A stretch of 64,000 nucleotides of DNA, taken from Candidatus Saccharimonadota bacterium. Its GTDB lineage: Bacteria > Patescibacteriota > Saccharimonadia > Saccharimonadales > UBA4665. The stretch covers positions 258-64,257 of the forward strand of contig JBDTSH010000014.1 of assembly GCA_039931245.1 (NCBI GenBank), given 5' to 3'. Every line of letters starts with the position of its first letter. Position 1 is the first letter of the stretch. The notes below the pieces were generated by a model. The model worked only from the letters and a program-made list of their open reading frames with translations. It was not told the DNA's origin and ran no database searches. This document shows positions 1 to 8,609 of the stretch, one piece after another. The position numbers were made by a program, and so were the translations under genes.

Positions 1-7
1 CACGTCG

Positions 8-841
8 TTGGTACTTGGGACGATTGCCGGGGCGGTTATACTCGTCGCGAAAATTGAGCGCAACAATCAGTTACTGGCGGTCCTGCCGGTCATCCTCCAG
101 GGTCTGCTGTTTAGCGCTCTCAGGCCGAATATCGATCAGAGTACGATGATTGGCGTGACCGCGATCGTGTCGACGCTGGCCGCCGTAGCCGCCTACTTCA
201 TCACTCAGCTCCTCTCACCGACTCATGACGAAGCGACGCAGCAAACCCTGATGGTCAGCCTCATGACAGCCTACATTGGTCCGGCCCTCGTCGTTAATCA
301 AGTCCACCCCAGTATGCTATTGCCGGTCAGTCTGTTCGTCGCCGGACTACTCACCTATCGCCACTATTCGGCGGCTCAGCAAGCCTACAAAGAGCTCAGT
401 CTGGGCGTCTGTATCGCCGCTGGGTTATGGCTACTCTATCTCGCCGGTTACACGAACCGGCACATTCATACTCACTTGATCGCGCTGTGCTTGGCGGGTT
501 TTGCCTACTGGCGGAGCGTATTGGGTGATAGCAAGTCGAGCCAGGGTTATGTGCAGGCGCTCTTTTTGGTCGTTACGGTACCGCTCGCCCTGCAGAGTAT
601 GGCGGCGGAAAGCGGCGGCACCTACGGACTGCTGTTGATAGCTGAACAAGTTGGCTTTATGGTTGTCGGCGTGAGTTTCGGACAACGTTTTTTGCTGCGC
701 TGGGGACTGTGGACGGCACTGGCGGCCATTTTATTCCAACTGAAAGGGCTCGGCTGGGCTTTCCTGAGCTTGCTGGCGGTCATCATTATCGGCGTCGCCA
801 TCTATCGCTTACAGAAGCATCCGCCCGACAATCAAAAATAG
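8..841 (+). CDS. Polytopic membrane protein of unknown family; the 5' end may lie outside the window
   Basis: The frame is open back to the window edge. The translation is dominated by hydrophobic helices (LAVLPVILQGLLFSAL, GLWLLYLAGY, WAFLSLLAVIIIGVAIY). No family motif recognised. Confidence 0.55.
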   Translation: MVLGTIAGAVILVAKIERNNQLLAVLPVILQGLLFSALRPNIDQSTMIGVTAIVSTLAAVAAYFITQLLSPTHDEATQQTLMVSLMTAYIGPALVVNQVHPSMLLPVSLFVAGLLTYRHYSAAQQAYKELSLGVCIAAGLWLLYLAGYTNRHIHTHLIALCLAGFAYWRSVLGDSKSSQGYVQALFLVVTVPLALQSMAAESGGTYGLLLIAEQVGFMVVGVSFGQRFLLRWGLWTALAAILFQLKGLGWAFLSLLAVIIIGVAIYRLQKHPPDNQK

Positions 842-866
842 CCCTCCAAAGTGCTAAACTAACAAC

Positions 867-1955
867 ATGATTATCGCCGTTATTGTTCTGGGAGTCCTGG
901 TGCTCGTCCTTATGGCCGTCATAGTCCGTCGCCCGGCCGCGCCGGCTGATAGTAATTCGGCGCTATTGCTCAAGCAGGACCTCGCCCAGCTGAGTGGCGA
1001 TATTACTAAACTTAAAGACGGCATTCAAACCCAGCTGACCGACCGCCTCGACAAAAGCCAGGCCATGATGATGGGCAGCCTGCAGCGCCAGTTCAGCGAG
1101 AGCACGAAGCTCATCAGCGAAGTCACCCGCAACTTAACCGAACTGAAAGAATCCAACAAGCAGGTCATGGGTATCACCGACGAGTTGCGCACCCTGCAGA
1201 ACGTCCTGCAAAACCCCAAACAACGCGGCGTGCTCGGGGAATACCATCTGCGTTCAGTACTCGAAAACGTTCTGCCGCCCGAACGCTTTAAGCTTCAGTA
1301 TAAAATCGGAAAAGACGACGATGGCAAAGACCTCATTTGCGACGCCGTGGTATTGCTCGATAAGGGCATCATGCTGCCGGTCGACTCGAAATTCAGCCTC
1401 GAGAACTACAACCGATTGATAGTGGAAAAGGATAAAACTCGGCGCGAAGCTCTCGTTCGCTTGTTTAAGTCCGACCTTAAAAACCGGATTGATGAAACGG
1501 CAAAATACATCCGGCCGAAGGACGGTACGATGGATTTCGCTTTCATGTTTATCCCTAGCGAAGCCATTTATTACGACTTGCTGATAAATAAAATCGGGGC
1601 CGCCGACACCAGCGCCCGCGATATGATCGAGTATGCCTTTCGCGATAAGAACGTCATTATCGTCAGCCCGACTAGTTTCATGGCGTATCTGCAGACCGTC
1701 TTGCAGGGATTGCGGAGCTTGCAGATCGAAGAAACCGCCAAAGAAATTCAGCAGCGCGTCGGTGAACTTGGCCGCCACATCAGTACCTACGAGAGCTTTA
1801 TGCAGAAACTCGGCAACAGCCTGGGAGCCACCGTCGGCCATTACAATAGCGCCCACAAAGAACTCAAAAAGGTCGATAAAGACGTCCTGAAAATCGCCGG
1901 CACGTCGCCCGCCGTCCAGCCGTTGCTCATCAGCCGCCCCTCCGACGACGACTAA
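867..1955 (+). CDS. rmuC: DNA recombination protein RmuC
   Basis: N-terminal TM helix, then a long coiled-coil-like segment, then the RmuC-type C-terminal block (FAFMFIPSEAIYYDL, VIIVSPTSFMAYLQTV). Confidence 0.85.
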   Translation: MIIAVIVLGVLVLVLMAVIVRRPAAPADSNSALLLKQDLAQLSGDITKLKDGIQTQLTDRLDKSQAMMMGSLQRQFSESTKLISEVTRNLTELKESNKQVMGITDELRTLQNVLQNPKQRGVLGEYHLRSVLENVLPPERFKLQYKIGKDDDGKDLICDAVVLLDKGIMLPVDSKFSLENYNRLIVEKDKTRREALVRLFKSDLKNRIDETAKYIRPKDGTMDFAFMFIPSEAIYYDLLINKIGAADTSARDMIEYAFRDKNVIIVSPTSFMAYLQTVLQGLRSLQIEETAKEIQQRVGELGRHISTYESFMQKLGNSLGATVGHYNSAHKELKKVDKDVLKIAGTSPAVQPLLISRPSDDD

Positions 1956-2005
1956 ATGTATCCCCCGACTGTCGGATGTTTCCCCCCATTCCTGCGGCCT
2001 AGTCG

Positions 2006-2034
2006 TTGACGAAATTACCGCATTAGGTTATATT
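2006..2034 (+). promoter_or_regulatory. Sigma-70-type promoter TTGACG-17nt-TATATT, ending 6 nt before ATG 2041 (leaderless geometry)
   Basis: TTGACG at 2006-2011 and TATATT at 2029-2034 with a 17-nt spacer. No Shine-Dalgarno fits in the 6 nt before the ATG. Confidence 0.45.
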
Positions 2035-2040
2035 TGCCCC

Positions 2041-2442
2041 ATGAATCTAACCCCTGCCGAGCAAAGCACTGAACGAAAAATTAAATTATCAGAAGAGGAA
2101 GCCTTGGTGGCCTTAGCCTACCTGGGAGAGAGTGCTACTTTTAAACTACTGGCGAGCCAAGCCACCGAAAAGACTATGCAGCGGCGACTCTTGCGAGTCG
2201 GCCTAGCAAATTATTATATCGGCTATTTCCGCAGTGACCTAGACGAGGTGATGATCCAAAAAGCACCGGAGCTTTTCGAACTCGATGTGCCGTTTGACCA
2301 GCGGGTACCTCTCTTGGGCGCCTTCATACTAGCCGCCGACGGTCGGGCGGCAACTAGACCGGGTATACTCGACGGCTTTGAGCCCGTTGAAGTAGTCACG
2401 GTAGCAGCCTCGGCCCGTGATGAGCTCCTAGAATTACGCTAA
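2041..2442 (+). CDS. Hypothetical protein (133 aa)
   Basis: Clean ORF with a promoter-like element directly upstream. No recognisable motif. Confidence 0.5.
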   Translation: MNLTPAEQSTERKIKLSEEEALVALAYLGESATFKLLASQATEKTMQRRLLRVGLANYYIGYFRSDLDEVMIQKAPELFELDVPFDQRVPLLGAFILAADGRAATRPGILDGFEPVEVVTVAASARDELLELR

Positions 2443-2483
2443 GCGGAGCCTCGGTTAATTACCAAGACTGTCGCTGACGGTGG

Positions 2484-3842
2484 TTAGGGCGTTGACGTGC
2501 GGGTGTAGTGGAGCATGTCGATGGCCAGGGCGGCCGTCCACGAGAAGTTAGCAGCGCCAGCGGCTGTGCCGTCGCGCGGATCAAAATATTCATAGCAGCC
2601 ACTTTTGCTGACCATTTCAAGGGTACTTTCGCGCAGGGCAGCGGCGTGGTCATGATAGCCGTAGCGTTCCAGGCCGTCGATGATCAGCCAATTGATATTC
2701 ACCCAAGTCGGGCCTTGCCAATACAGCTTTGGCTGAAACCAGAATGAATTCATCGGGACGCTCGGTACTGGATAGGCCGGGCCAAAAGAGTGCTCATTTT
2801 CGAGCAACTTGACGAGCTTGGCGGCGCGTTCTTGGGTGATGTTGCCGGCGTACAGGGGCAACAACGTCGCGACCGTGGGAATCTTGAGCAAGCGGTGGGT
2901 CACGAAGTCACGCGAGTAATATTGGCCGGAGTATTCATCCCACAATTGTTCGAGGGCTTTCTCGGTACGGGTCATTCGCTTGAGTAAGTCAGCCGGTAGG
3001 TCTTCGCGGAGGCTGGCGGCAATGTTCTGTAAGTGCTGGTTGGCCCGGATAAAGATGCTGTTGTAGGACAGGTCTTCAATGGCGAACATCGAGTGGTCGA
3101 GGATTTTATTGATATTGTAGGCCTTGCGGCGCAAGCGGCGCTGGATATCGAACAGCGTTAACGCTTCAATCGTCGAAAATCGCTGATCGATTGGCACTGA
3201 GTGGGTGTCGCGCCGGAATAAGTTGATTACGACGTCGAGCCGGAGCCATTCCACGGCTCGAATCCAAGTCGGCAATATGTGCTCGTGCATTTCGTCCATC
3301 CAGGGCGGCGTATTGTCGAGTCCGGTTTCCCAGGGGTGAATTTGCAGCACCAAACCTTCCTTATGCGGATCGCGTTCGTGGTAGAGCCACTCATGATAGG
3401 CCAGCAGCGCGGGGTAGACAGTTTTATACCACGTTCGACGCTCCGGCCACGCCAGCTTCTCGCCGATCTTAACGACGGCCTCGGCCAGCATCGGCGGTTG
3501 GGTGATCCCGGTGGTGGTGATGCCGTCGGGGGCAAAAGGGTTGAGCCAGCTGCGCCACATATTGCGATCGGTGCGGTACTGGGGGTCGCCCCGAAAGATA
3601 ATGTTGGGCAGCATGCCATTGTGCCACTGGCCGCGTAGCAAACTGAGGATTTCTGATTGGGCACGGTCGACGTCGAGCTGGCGCAAGCCAATCGCCACGA
3701 AGCAACTATCCCACAGCCACTGGTGGGGGTAGAGGCCGTGCGCCGGTTGGGTGTAGCTGCCACGGTCGTTCATGGCGAGCACATTGCGGGCTTCAGTCAA
3801 TAGATCGGGCACGTCCTGCATATGCTTAAAAGTATAACGCAA
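2484..3842 (-). CDS. GH63-like / MGH1-like (alpha/alpha)6-barrel glycoside hydrolase (glucosylglycerate/mannosylglycerate hydrolase-like)
   Basis: N-terminal YPHQWLWDSCFVAIG block and later WETGLDNTPPW and YWQGPTWVNINW blocks typical of GH63/MGH1-like enzymes. Start is uncertain: TTG at 3842 or ATG at 3821. Confidence 0.7.
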   Translation of the reverse strand: MRYTFKHMQDVPDLLTEARNVLAMNDRGSYTQPAHGLYPHQWLWDSCFVAIGLRQLDVDRAQSEILSLLRGQWHNGMLPNIIFRGDPQYRTDRNMWRSWLNPFAPDGITTTGITQPPMLAEAVVKIGEKLAWPERRTWYKTVYPALLAYHEWLYHERDPHKEGLVLQIHPWETGLDNTPPWMDEMHEHILPTWIRAVEWLRLDVVINLFRRDTHSVPIDQRFSTIEALTLFDIQRRLRRKAYNINKILDHSMFAIEDLSYNSIFIRANQHLQNIAASLREDLPADLLKRMTRTEKALEQLWDEYSGQYYSRDFVTHRLLKIPTVATLLPLYAGNITQERAAKLVKLLENEHSFGPAYPVPSVPMNSFWFQPKLYWQGPTWVNINWLIIDGLERYGYHDHAAALRESTLEMVSKSGCYEYFDPRDGTAAGAANFSWTAALAIDMLHYTRTSTP

Positions 3843-3869
3843 AGACTAGTAATCGATTAATGTCACCGG

Positions 3870-4367
3870 CTAGCGATAGTTCGTAAAGCTGAGCGGGAAA
3901 TCGAGGTCCTGGGTGCGGAGGAGTTGCATGACGCCTTGCAAATCGTCTTTGCTGTTGCTCATGACGCGGACGGAGTCACCTTGAATCTGCGGCTTCACTT
4001 TGGGGTATTGTGCGCGGATCAGGGCAGTTAACTGCTTAGCTTTGTCTTGGTCGAGGCCTTGTTTGAGGGGAACTTCCTTAATCGAGCGGAGATTGCTATC
4101 GACCACGTCCTTGCTGGTGTCGAGGAATTTTTGGCTTTGCTCGCGGGCCGCCAGCTTCTTACGGACGATGTCGAGGATGGCGTCTATTTGCCACTCGCCG
4201 CTGCCGGTAATCTTAAAGCCGCTTTTTTCGGGATTGAGCCAATCGAGCTCAGCCGGGGTGCCTTTAAAATCATAACGGCTGGTAATTTCACGCTGGGCTT
4301 GATCGAAGACGTTGTTCATCTCGGCCTTATCGTATTCGCTGACGACGTCAAAAGAAAAGTTTGCCAT
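3870..4367 (-). CDS. yajQ: YajQ family (UPF0234) nucleotide/c-di-GMP-binding protein
   Basis: Collinear along its full length with E. coli YajQ as recalled (SFDVVSE..., RYDFKGT, KQGL, IQGDSVRV, SKDDLQGVM, F.NYR). Confidence 0.9.
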   Translation of the reverse strand: MANFSFDVVSEYDKAEMNNVFDQAQREITSRYDFKGTPAELDWLNPEKSGFKITGSGEWQIDAILDIVRKKLAAREQSQKFLDTSKDVVDSNLRSIKEVPLKQGLDQDKAKQLTALIRAQYPKVKPQIQGDSVRVMSNSKDDLQGVMQLLRTQDLDFPLSFTNYR

Positions 4368-4389
4368 ACCCCTAGTATAGCGGATATTG

Positions 4390-4803
4390 CTAGGCGGCGC
4401 TCATCTCGAACAAAACTAACTGGACGGTGGGACCGAGGAGCTGGATATGAAAGTTCTCCCGACTGGGATCGAGAATTAAATCACCATTGGGAGCATCGCG
4501 GGCTTCGTCATCTTCGCCGATTAAGCGAACCTGAGAAAGATGGTAAACCGGCAGGCGTTGGCTATCGTCCGCCGCTGTCTCGTTGTTTTGCACCTCTATC
4601 TCCTCGGGGGTCAATTTGACGAGGCCACTGAGGTATTGGATAACGGGGGTCGACACGACCCGCAGCGAATAGCCAGAGGCATCGAGAACGTCGCGCCTTA
4701 ATTGACGCCTGACCAAGGCCCAATCACCGGCAGTCAGCGATTCAGGGACGGCGCCGGGAAGCCCTAGGGTTGGCAAATGCTCAATGGTCGATGTGGCTAG
4801 CAT
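4390..4803 (-). CDS. Hypothetical protein (137 aa), first gene of the minus-strand unit with yajQ and the GH63-like hydrolase
   Basis: ORF with coding-like GC3 bias, same strand as its downstream genes and closely spaced to them. No motif recognised. Confidence 0.5.
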   Translation of the reverse strand: MLATSTIEHLPTLGLPGAVPESLTAGDWALVRRQLRRDVLDASGYSLRVVSTPVIQYLSGLVKLTPEEIEVQNNETAADDSQRLPVYHLSQVRLIGEDDEARDAPNGDLILDPSRENFHIQLLGPTVQLVLFEMSAA

Positions 4804-4893
4804 AGAGTTTCCTCATATTGGTTATGTTAAGCCTAAGTGTACACTGTCCGATTGGTTCGTGAAATTGTTTTATATGCATCAGAATAACTCTGC

Positions 4894-4902
4894 TGGTATA
4901 CT
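4894..4902 (+). promoter_or_regulatory. Extended -10 element TGgTATACT upstream of pheS
   Basis: TGGTATACT at 4894-4902, 12 nt before ATG 4915. Confidence 0.4.
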
Positions 4903-4914
4903 GATGGCTAAGAC

Positions 4915-5985
4915 ATGGATTATCAAAATCAGAAAATTCGAGACGCCGCCGCCCAGCTCAAAGCTCAGCTATCCGAGAGGGGCGATATTTCCGCCAAGCG
5001 GGCTATTTTAAACGGACCGGAATTTAAAAGTTTATACGACGAATTAAAACTTCTCGGCCCGGCGGAGCGCCCCGCTTTCGGCCAAGAGCTCAATGCCCTC
5101 CGGCGGGAGTTGCACACTGAATTTGCGCGCCTGGAATCCCAGCAAGCCCAAGTCAGTCTGCCGCCGATTGACGTGACCGCGCCATTTGGCGTGAATGTGG
5201 CCCTTGACCAGCGTCCGCCATTGCTCCCTAGCCTGACGGGTAGTACCCACCCGCTGATGTCCGAGCTAGCGATAGTGCTCGACATCTTTTATGCGATGGG
5301 TTTCACCGCTGTAGAATCCCCCGAGATTGACGATGACTTTCATATGTTTGGCGCCTTGAACTTTCCGGAAGGCCACCCAGCTCGCGATGATTACGATACC
5401 TTTATGACCGAGCAATCTGATCGCAATGGTAAGTCTTTCATCGCCCCCGCCCACACTAGCACCATGCAGCACCGCGTTTTGCAGGAGCACAAAGCCGACC
5501 TCGAACGGGGGGTGCCTATCGCGGCCGTTTTGCCGGGCCGTGTTTTTCGCAACGAGGACCTCGATGCCCGTCACGAGCATACTTTTTACCAGTTTGAAGG
5601 CGTCTATGTTGATCGGGGGGTAAATGCCGGCCACCTCATCGCGACCCTTAAAACATTCCTGCAGACCTATTACCAAAAAGATCTGGACGTTAAAACGCAG
5701 CCTTTTTACTTTCCCTTCACCGAACCATCGTTTGAGTTTGCCCTCAGTTGCCCTTTTTGTGATAAAAAAGGCTGCCCTATCTGTTCGCAATCCGGCTGGA
5801 TCGAACTGCTCGGCTGTGGCATGATCCACCCCAACGTCTTGCGCGAAGCCGGCATTAACCCTGAAATCTACACGGGGTTTGCGTGGGGTTGCGGCATCGA
5901 GCGTCTGGTGATGATGAAATACGGTATCGAAGATATCCGTCACTTTGAGAGTGCCAAACTTGACTTTTTGAGGCAATTCTCATGA
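4915..5985 (+). CDS. pheS: Phenylalanine--tRNA ligase alpha subunit
   Basis: Class II aaRS core (FPEGHPARD, VFRNEDLDARHEHTFYQFEG, GFAWGCGIERL) and the expected length. Confidence 0.95.
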   Translation: MDYQNQKIRDAAAQLKAQLSERGDISAKRAILNGPEFKSLYDELKLLGPAERPAFGQELNALRRELHTEFARLESQQAQVSLPPIDVTAPFGVNVALDQRPPLLPSLTGSTHPLMSELAIVLDIFYAMGFTAVESPEIDDDFHMFGALNFPEGHPARDDYDTFMTEQSDRNGKSFIAPAHTSTMQHRVLQEHKADLERGVPIAAVLPGRVFRNEDLDARHEHTFYQFEGVYVDRGVNAGHLIATLKTFLQTYYQKDLDVKTQPFYFPFTEPSFEFALSCPFCDKKGCPICSQSGWIELLGCGMIHPNVLREAGINPEIYTGFAWGCGIERLVMMKYGIEDIRHFESAKLDFLRQFS

Positions 5986-6071
5986 GCCAACCGAATAAAA
6001 ATATAATCGATCTCCCAAGTGCCGCTGTCGATGTGCCTAAGAAGAGTGACATATCTAAGGGAATCAAATAA

Positions 6072-8609
6072 ATGAAAGTTAGTCTGAATTGGATCAAGCA
6101 GTACCTAGATTTTGAATTGCCGCCCGTCGAGGAGCTGGTCGAGAAGATTGGCGCCCAGCTCGGGGCTGTCGAAGAGGTCATTGATCTCGGGGCCCGCTAC
6201 CAAGGGATAGTCATTGTCAAAGTTGTCGAGTGTCGTAAGTTGGAAGATTCCGACCACCTCAATATTTGTTTGGTCGATGACGGGGGGAATACACCCGATA
6301 TCGCCCGCGAAGCGAATGGTCTGATTCAAGTTGTCTGTGGAGCCCCCAACGTTCGCGTTGGTATGTTCGTCGCCTGGCTGCCGCCGGGATCAACCGTACC
6401 GAGTACCTATGGAAAAGAGCCCTTTGTGCTCGAGGCCCGCCCGCTCCGTGGTGTGATCAGCAATGGGATGCTGGCCAGCGCCAAAGAACTGGCCCTCGGG
6501 GATAGTCATGACGGTTTGCTCGAACTCGACGATACGCATAAACCCGGTGAGGACTTTGCCCGTGTCAACGGGCTCAACGACACGATCATCGATATAGAGA
6601 ATAAAATGTTCACCCACCGACCCGACGCCTTTGGCCAGCTGGGTGTGGCGCGGGAAATCGCCGGCATACTTGGTCACGATTTTCATTCTCCCCCCTGGTA
6701 TGTCCCTAATCCAGAGTTGGCCGCGGCCAGCGAACCAGCCTTGCCCCTCGAGATACAGAATGAAATTCCCGGGTTGGTCCCGCGTTTTTCAGCACTCGTA
6801 CTGGACAACATTACCGTGGCTCCCAGCCCTATCTGGCTCCAAGTGGCCTTGACGCGAGTTGGCCTGCGCCCTATTAACAATATTGTCGATATTACTAATT
6901 ATGTGATGATGCTGACTGGTCAGCCGATGCACGCCTATGATTATGCCAAGGTCACGGCCCTCAGTGGGGGTGATGCGCCGGTTATCGTCGTGCGTAATCC
7001 CCGCGCGAGTGAACGCCTGACATTACTCAATGGCAAAACGGTCGACCCTCGCCAGGAGGCTATCGTGATCGCGACCGATACCACAATCATCGGTCTGGGT
7101 GGCGTGATGGGCGGAGCTGAGACGGAAGTTGATGCCCAGACACGGACAATCATTCTGGAAAGCGCCAGTTTTGACATGTATTCTATTCGTCGGACCAGTA
7201 TGGCGCACGGAATTTTTAGCGACGCGGTGACGCGGTTCAACAAAGGCCAAAGCCCGTTGCAGACGCTGGCCGTCTTGAGCGAGGCTGTCCGTTTAGTGGT
7301 CGAGCTGACCGGGGCTCGCTTGGCCAGCAATGTCATCGATAGCAATAGCGTCCCGCCCGTCGCCCGCGAGCGCGCCTCACTCTACCCAGAAATTCATATT
7401 GCCCGCAGCTTTATTAACGATCGCCTGGGGCTGACACTGCCAGCCGAAGCCATGGCGACTTTACTGAGGCACGTCGAGATTCACGTCGATTACGACGAGA
7501 GCGCGTTAACCGTCCAGGCGCCATTCTGGCGGACCGATATTGAGCTCCGTGAGGACGTCGTTGAAGAGGTCGCTCGCTTGTATGGTTTTGATAAACTACC
7601 GCTCGACTTGCCCCTCCGACCGCTCAGCCCGAGTCGGCACGATGCCCTCCTTGATCTAAAACAGATTGTGCGAACTAACCTTAGTCGGGCTGGCGCCAAC
7701 GAAGTCCTGACCTATAGCTTCGTCCACGGCAATCTGCTCGATCGGGTCGGCCAAGAGAGGGCGCACGCCTTTAAGTTGGGTAATGCGCTGAGTCCCGACC
7801 TGCAGTATTACCGCTTGAGTATGACGCCGAGTTTACTAGATAAAATCCATCCGAACATCAAGGCCGGCTACGATCAATTTGGTGTGTTTGAAATCGGGAA
7901 AACCCATTCTCAGCTACAAGTTGACGCCAGCAGCGGCCTGCCGATTGAGCTCCCGCGCGTGGCGCTGGTTTTCGCGGCGGACGCCAAAGCCCAAACGCAC
8001 TATCGTAACGCTCCGTACTACCACGCCCGGGTCTACGCGATGAACCTGTTAACCGAACTCGGTTTGGCCGACGCCACCACTGTGCCGCTGCAGCTGGATA
8101 ACTATGACGCTGCCAACCACTCACGCCTGGCTTATTACGAGCCGGCGCACAGCGCGACTATTATGCTCGGCGACATAGTCATCGGTGAGGTCGGTGAATA
8201 CAAACTCAGTGTCCATAAAGCCCTCAAGCTGCCGGAGTTTGTGGCCGGTTTTGAGCTCGATCTGGGGGCTTTACTCGTCCATCATAAGGCGCACAAAACA
8301 TATGTGCCGCTGCCGCATTTCCCCAAAGTATCCCAGGATATCTGCCTGCGCGTGGCGGCCGAGGTGCCCTATCAGGCGCTGTTTGGTTTACTCAAGGAGG
8401 CAATTATTATAGAGCAGCTGCCGAACGTTTTGGCGCAGCTCGAACCAGTTGATATTTATGTCCGCCCGGAAGATGACGAATTCAAACAGATCACTTTCCG
8501 ACTCAATGTCGCGTCGTACGAGCGTACCCTGACTGATAACGAAATTAGCCGGTTACTCGATAAAGTTACCGTCGTCGCCCACGCCAAATACGGTGCCGAG
8601 CGCATTTAA
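6072..8609 (+). CDS. pheT: Phenylalanine--tRNA ligase beta subunit
   Basis: MKVSLNWIKQYL start, tRNA-binding domain, B3/4 and B5 regions, C-terminal FDX-ACB-like domain. Sits directly downstream of pheS. Confidence 0.95.
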   Translation: MKVSLNWIKQYLDFELPPVEELVEKIGAQLGAVEEVIDLGARYQGIVIVKVVECRKLEDSDHLNICLVDDGGNTPDIAREANGLIQVVCGAPNVRVGMFVAWLPPGSTVPSTYGKEPFVLEARPLRGVISNGMLASAKELALGDSHDGLLELDDTHKPGEDFARVNGLNDTIIDIENKMFTHRPDAFGQLGVAREIAGILGHDFHSPPWYVPNPELAAASEPALPLEIQNEIPGLVPRFSALVLDNITVAPSPIWLQVALTRVGLRPINNIVDITNYVMMLTGQPMHAYDYAKVTALSGGDAPVIVVRNPRASERLTLLNGKTVDPRQEAIVIATDTTIIGLGGVMGGAETEVDAQTRTIILESASFDMYSIRRTSMAHGIFSDAVTRFNKGQSPLQTLAVLSEAVRLVVELTGARLASNVIDSNSVPPVARERASLYPEIHIARSFINDRLGLTLPAEAMATLLRHVEIHVDYDESALTVQAPFWRTDIELREDVVEEVARLYGFDKLPLDLPLRPLSPSRHDALLDLKQIVRTNLSRAGANEVLTYSFVHGNLLDRVGQERAHAFKLGNALSPDLQYYRLSMTPSLLDKIHPNIKAGYDQFGVFEIGKTHSQLQVDASSGLPIELPRVALVFAADAKAQTHYRNAPYYHARVYAMNLLTELGLADATTVPLQLDNYDAANHSRLAYYEPAHSATIMLGDIVIGEVGEYKLSVHKALKLPEFVAGFELDLGALLVHHKAHKTYVPLPHFPKVSQDICLRVAAEVPYQALFGLLKEAIIIEQLPNVLAQLEPVDIYVRPEDDEFKQITFRLNVASYERTLTDNEISRLLDKVTVVAHAKYGAERI

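Noticed and set aside
4836-4845. 10-bp perfect palindrome AGTGTACACT in the divergent region before pheS.
   Set aside because: It reads as TGTACACT on both strands, which closely resembles the TG-TACAAT-type -10 elements used elsewhere (for example AGTGTACAAT before ppa). It is most simply the -10 box of the minus-strand operon rather than a dedicated operator.
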